A stretch of DNA of 64,000 bases from Paraspadella gotoi (Eukaryota; Animalia; Chaetognatha). Under the pieces are notes generated by a model. It made no database searches. It saw only the letters and a list, made by a program, of their open reading frames with translations, and had not been told where the DNA came from. The stretch covers positions 741,261 to 805,260 of the forward strand of contig CM119264.1 in NCBI GenBank assembly GCA_051294375.1, given 5' to 3'. The position numbers and the translations under genes are program-made. This document shows, piece after piece, positions 59,698 to 64,000 of this stretch (position 1 is its first letter; every line of letters begins with the position of its first letter).

Positions 59698-59975
59698 CCT
59701 GTCTAATACATTTCATTCTCTTATAAATAAAAATTAGTCAGAAGAAATGACTTAGTTTTTAAAATGATTTAAATTTAAAATTAATGTAAATTAACATTTA
59801 CATTAATTTAAATAGGATGTTAAAGTTTCTCGCCATAACTATGTAATAATGTTTCTTTCGGTTTATTTTGTCCGAGAATTTACGGGTGAAGTGATTTCAC
59901 ATCTCTCGATCGATTAAATGTGTGAGAAAAGATCACAATTTCAACTCCCTTTGTCGGCCTTGAATGAGTAACAAT

Positions 59976-60012
<37 letters not shown>

Positions 60013-60130
60013 NNNNNNNNNNNNNNNNNNNNNNNNNTCTCCTCACGTCTTCTTCTCCTCATCTCTCTCTCCGTCTTCTTCTCGTTTTCTCTCGTCGTCA
60101 TCTCTCTCCCTTCTTCTCTTCTTCTTTCAG

Positions 60131-60234
60131 GTCATGAGGGTCCGCGCGTCATCGCATAAAATATGCAGAACCATTCCGTTTCCAAAGGAATTGCTAAAAA
60201 CTTTGGGGTTACAAGAATTGGGAAGGATTATTGG
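60131..60234 (+). CDS. Possible isolated exon
   Basis: Long pyrimidine tract plus ctttcag acceptor, GG|GTATTC donor. Open frame VMRVRASSHKICRTIPFPKELLKTLGLQELGRII. Confidence 0.3.
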
Positions 60235-60576
60235 GTATTCTCCTTCTCTCTCTCCTCTCTCTCTTCTCTCTCCAGAGAGAGAGAGAGAAAATTTCGTTAA
60301 TTAATCTTTTTCCTTTTTTTTTCCTTTTATATTTTTTTGAATTCGCTCGAACCTGGACTCAGGTAAGAACAAAAAACTAACATTCATTCCTTTCTTTGTT
60401 CTGTTTGTTCTGAACTATTCTGTTCTGTTCTGTTCTCAATTCATCAACGACTGGTATGACTGATGCTTGGGGTTGTAGCCCACAATCACATTGAAGGCTT
60501 GTTTTTGCTTGCAATTACGATAGCGTGATTGCTTCCAACTATGACCGAACATCCAGAATATTATTCATTAAAATGT

Positions 60577-61425
60577 CGGCCTTGTTTTCCGAGAACGCCC
60601 CATTTTGTCTTAAATTCAAAATGAAATTAGTTTTTATGGTGGACTAAAAAATCCACCAACCGTTCATCAGCGGCCATTGGTGCCAGAGGAAAGTCATTCG
60701 CCTCCTAATCCAAAGGTCCGGGGTTCTAGCCCGGTGGTCGCCTGGCAGTTAAGAGAGACGGGGCGCTTAACCCGCCTGTAACATGGTGTTACAGCCTTAT
60801 CCGAAGCTCAGGGACTGCTTATATTTAACGGTTCTATCACTAACACATAACAATAATTATTTTATTTAAAATAATTATAGTTAGGATTAAGGATTAGGTT
60901 AATTATTAAGATTAACATTAGTGGCAGGGTTATGATTAGGAATTAGGGTTAGTTAATAGGGTTAGGGATTAGGGTTTATGGAAAAGGGTTAATTTTATTA
61001 ATTAGTTGAAGGAGTTAAGATTAGGGATCTGGATTATTGATAAAGGATCGGGATTAATAATTAAGTGATAGTGTAGTCGAGCATTGCCTAGGTTCACCCT
61101 ATAAGTATGACACCTTCAGTCCTTACCCGGTGGCTCATTGAGTAAAGCTATCAGCCCATGACCATTAGTTACCGGGTTTAATCCAAACTTGGTACCTACC
61201 CTGTGGGAAGCGTGAGGATTGCCGTAACCACCTTTGGGGCGTTGAAAACCCTCAAGCCTGGTTCCATGGCTGCTAGAGGGGTTAAAGAAGTTGCGTATAG
61301 TACTCTTTAGCCTAGTTAGCGCCTTATCTACAATAGGTTAACTAATATATTTTGGCCAAGTACAACGGTTAAAATTAGTTTCATGATCAAGGAACAGAAT
61401 TTGGACGCTTTTGAAAAAAAGAGCC
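60577..61425 (+). mobile_element. TIR element with TTAGGG-like tract, nested tRNA-like SINE head and R1 copy (61072-61334)
   Basis: Left cggccttgttttccgagaacgccccatttt, right gaatttggacgcttttgaaaaaaagagcc. Confidence 0.7.
60670..60742 (+). pseudogene. tRNA-Arg(CCT)-like sequence (pseudogene or SINE head)
   Basis: Acceptor stem GCGGCCA/TGGTCGC, anticodon loop CT-CCT-AA, T arm CCGGG-GTTCTAG-CCCGG. The anticodon stem is mispaired and the B-box is degenerate. Confidence 0.5.
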
Positions 61426-61534
61426 AACACTTTTTTTTTCAAACCAAAGACGAGAGATTCCATCAAAGTCTCTCTTAATGTTTACGTCGCATAAAACTAA
61501 ATTGCAAAAAAAGTCGTTATATTCGGAGAGAAAG

Positions 61535-61595
<61 letters not shown>

Positions 61596-62421
61596 CTTTG
61601 TTCATCCGAGGATGGACGAAAAGACGTAGGGACAATTAGATAGAAAAAATACGGACAGAAAGATAGTCCGAAATGAGTTTGGGGAATTAAAGACGAAAAG
61701 AAAAATGAAAAAGTGAAGAATGAAAAAAGAAAATAATAAAAATATATTTAATATTTTATATTTAATGATAATATATATGCAAAACATGAACTAAACTGAT
61801 ATGGTGTTACCTAAATTATGATCACTTTTAACGAAGGTGGGACTGACCGACAGACCGACAGACCGACAGACAGACAGACAAAATGGAACAACCTACCAAC
61901 CAACCTAAAAGTGACTTATCGAGCTTTTCCGCGAGTACTCGCGAGACTGTGAGAGAGTCTTGATGTAAAGCTTGCAGGGACCTGCTATGTTATTATCTTG
62001 TAAGAGTGATGGAGGCCTTAAACCACCAAAGCCTGTCCAAATCCAGGGGCAAGATAGCTTATTTATTAAATGAATGGATAATTTTTATATTGGTTGTCCC
62101 AACTTTTTACATTAATAAACAGACAAACTAAACTTTTGAGCGGTAAAAAGATATAGAGAGGGATTATGAAAATGGACGAACGGACGGACGGAAGGACGGA
62201 TGGACGGACTGACGGACGGAAGGACGGACGGACGAACGGACGGACAGACTGACTGATGGACGGACGGACGGACGGACGGACAGAATCCGTAAGGATTTTA
62301 CGTTTATGGGTCGAGGAGACGTGAGGCAAACAGAGAGAGAGTTGTCGGACGATAAAAAATCTCAAGCAGAATTGAAGAGAGAGAGAACAGAGAGGAGAAG
62401 AGAAGAGAGGAGAGAGAGATG

Positions 62422-62453
<32 letters not shown>

Positions 62454-62874
62454 AGAGAAGAGAGAGAGAGAAGGAGAGAGAAGACGAGAGAGAGAAGAGA
62501 AGAAGAAGGAGAGAGAGAGGAATTGGAGAGAGAGAGAGAGAGCAGAGAGAGAGAGAGAGAGAAGATGCGAGAAGAGAAAGAGAGAGAGAGATGAGAAGAC
62601 AGGAGGGAAGAGAAAGAGAGAGAGAGAGAGAGAATCAAGAGAAGCAAACAATCGAAGGAAAATGATTTTCGTAAACAAAAACGAATGAAAACTGAGATGA
62701 ATGACGACGATGATGATGACGACGATGATGACGACGTTGACGACAACGATGATGATGATGATGATGATGATGACGACGATGATGATGACAAAATCGTTAA
62801 GATTCAAATTCATGAGGAAATGAAGTCAAAAGGAGAAGAGGTTTATGTCTTTGCGTGAACTTTTTCGCAGTAAG

Positions 62875-63030
62875 CAGTATGAGGGATTCAGCATGCAGTA
62901 TGAGGGATTCAGTATGCAGTATGAGGGATTCAGTATGCAGTATGAGGGATTCAGCATGCAGTATGAGGGATTCGCTATGCAGTATGAGGGATTCATTATG
63001 CAGTATGAGGGATTCTGGATGCGGTATACG
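62875..63030. repeat. 21-bp minisatellite (cagtatgagggattcagYatg)x7
   Basis: Direct inspection. Gives the MQYEGFS repeat ORF, with no splice evidence that it is coding. Confidence 0.85.
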
Positions 63031-64000
63031 GATTATGAGATAGGGGAACGAAGGAAGGAGCAGGTCGCCCAGCTTCAGGTTTTTTTTAGAAAATCATTGA
63101 ATGTGGGGTTTGCAGGATGCGATATGCAATGCCCGACTACAGAGTGACGGCTTTAATAAACTTTTACAATAGTACATTTAATTTTTTTTTAAAGTGAGCT
63201 CGTTTAAATTATTATGAAGAACTCGAGGTAAGAAGAAAGAGTAGAGAGAGCAAGTATACCGTCAGAATAAAAGCCTTCCCCCTGGCGGGTGGCAAGGTGC
63301 GACCCCGGGGGTCATACCAAGGGATAGCCCCTGGGGTATTAAAAAACTATACACCTTGGTCTGCCCTCCGGGGCATAATTTTTTTTAGTATTTAGGGGCG
63401 GCCCCATGGCAGATCCTCTTGTGGTGCAACAAATTGCCTTCCCAAGGGGTCACCCTTAGGTATGAAAAAATGTATACCCCTTTGGGTGGTCTTCCTTTTG
63501 TCGCAACTGAAGCCAGGCTTCCTTAATTAATTTTTGACCAATGATTTTACTCTGTCTTTTTTTCTCTTATTTTTTTCCTTTCTCTTTCTTTATCTTATTT
63601 TTTTAATTTTTTTAATTTTTTTATCTTTCATTTATTATTGAATTTTCTCTTTTTTATACTTTTTTTCTTTTATATAGAATTCGATTTTAAATTATTAATT
63701 TATTATTGAATTATAATATGTATATTAATATCTGAATTAAAATAATTCTATTATTTTATATGATAATTTTTTTTAAATCATATGAGTAATCCAGTATGAA
63801 AATGTGTTTAAGGAATATATATAACAATTACTTCTAAATAATATTCACTCGATAAATATTTTATTAAAAAAATAGTTTTTAAAACTGTATACTGGTAAAT
63901 TGACCTAATAGTTACTGCATTAGGAAGTTATTGTTTGCAAGAAAAATTAATTAATTTAATATTTTAATATTTTAAACAAAATATAAAAATTATTATAATA

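Overview
AT-rich eukaryotic genomic DNA, probably from an invertebrate animal. The assembly is a noisy draft with many N gaps, homopolymer and indel noise, and abundant (AG)n, (GAC)n and (TAT)n microsatellites, so most ORF-track entries are low-complexity artefacts. Reading splice sites by hand gives two phase-compatible multi-exon genes on the + strand. Gene 1 is the 3' part of a single-pass membrane protein (exons 164-296, 11020-11138, 16819-17306, 18569-18727) and has one in-frame TGA. Gene 2 is a ~1,250-aa low-complexity/coiled-coil protein (23152-37799). A full-length ~8.3-kb Ty3/gypsy LTR retrotransposon (48054-56316) has a tRNA-Leu PBS, a PPT and PR-RT-RH-IN motifs, but its LTR ends read CA...TG instead of TG...CA, and the empty target site is present 2.5 kb upstream. 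A family of TIR-bounded elements filled with degenerate TTAGGG repeats recurs at least 7 times as complete pairs, mostly within tens to hundreds of bp of exons, and repeatedly hosts a second ~290-bp repeat. The window also has Helentron/HINE-like hairpin elements, a tRNA-Arg-like SINE head, several minisatellites, and two duplicated blocks (2.6-8.7 kb and 44.9-58.2 kb) that may be uncollapsed haplotypes or reads.
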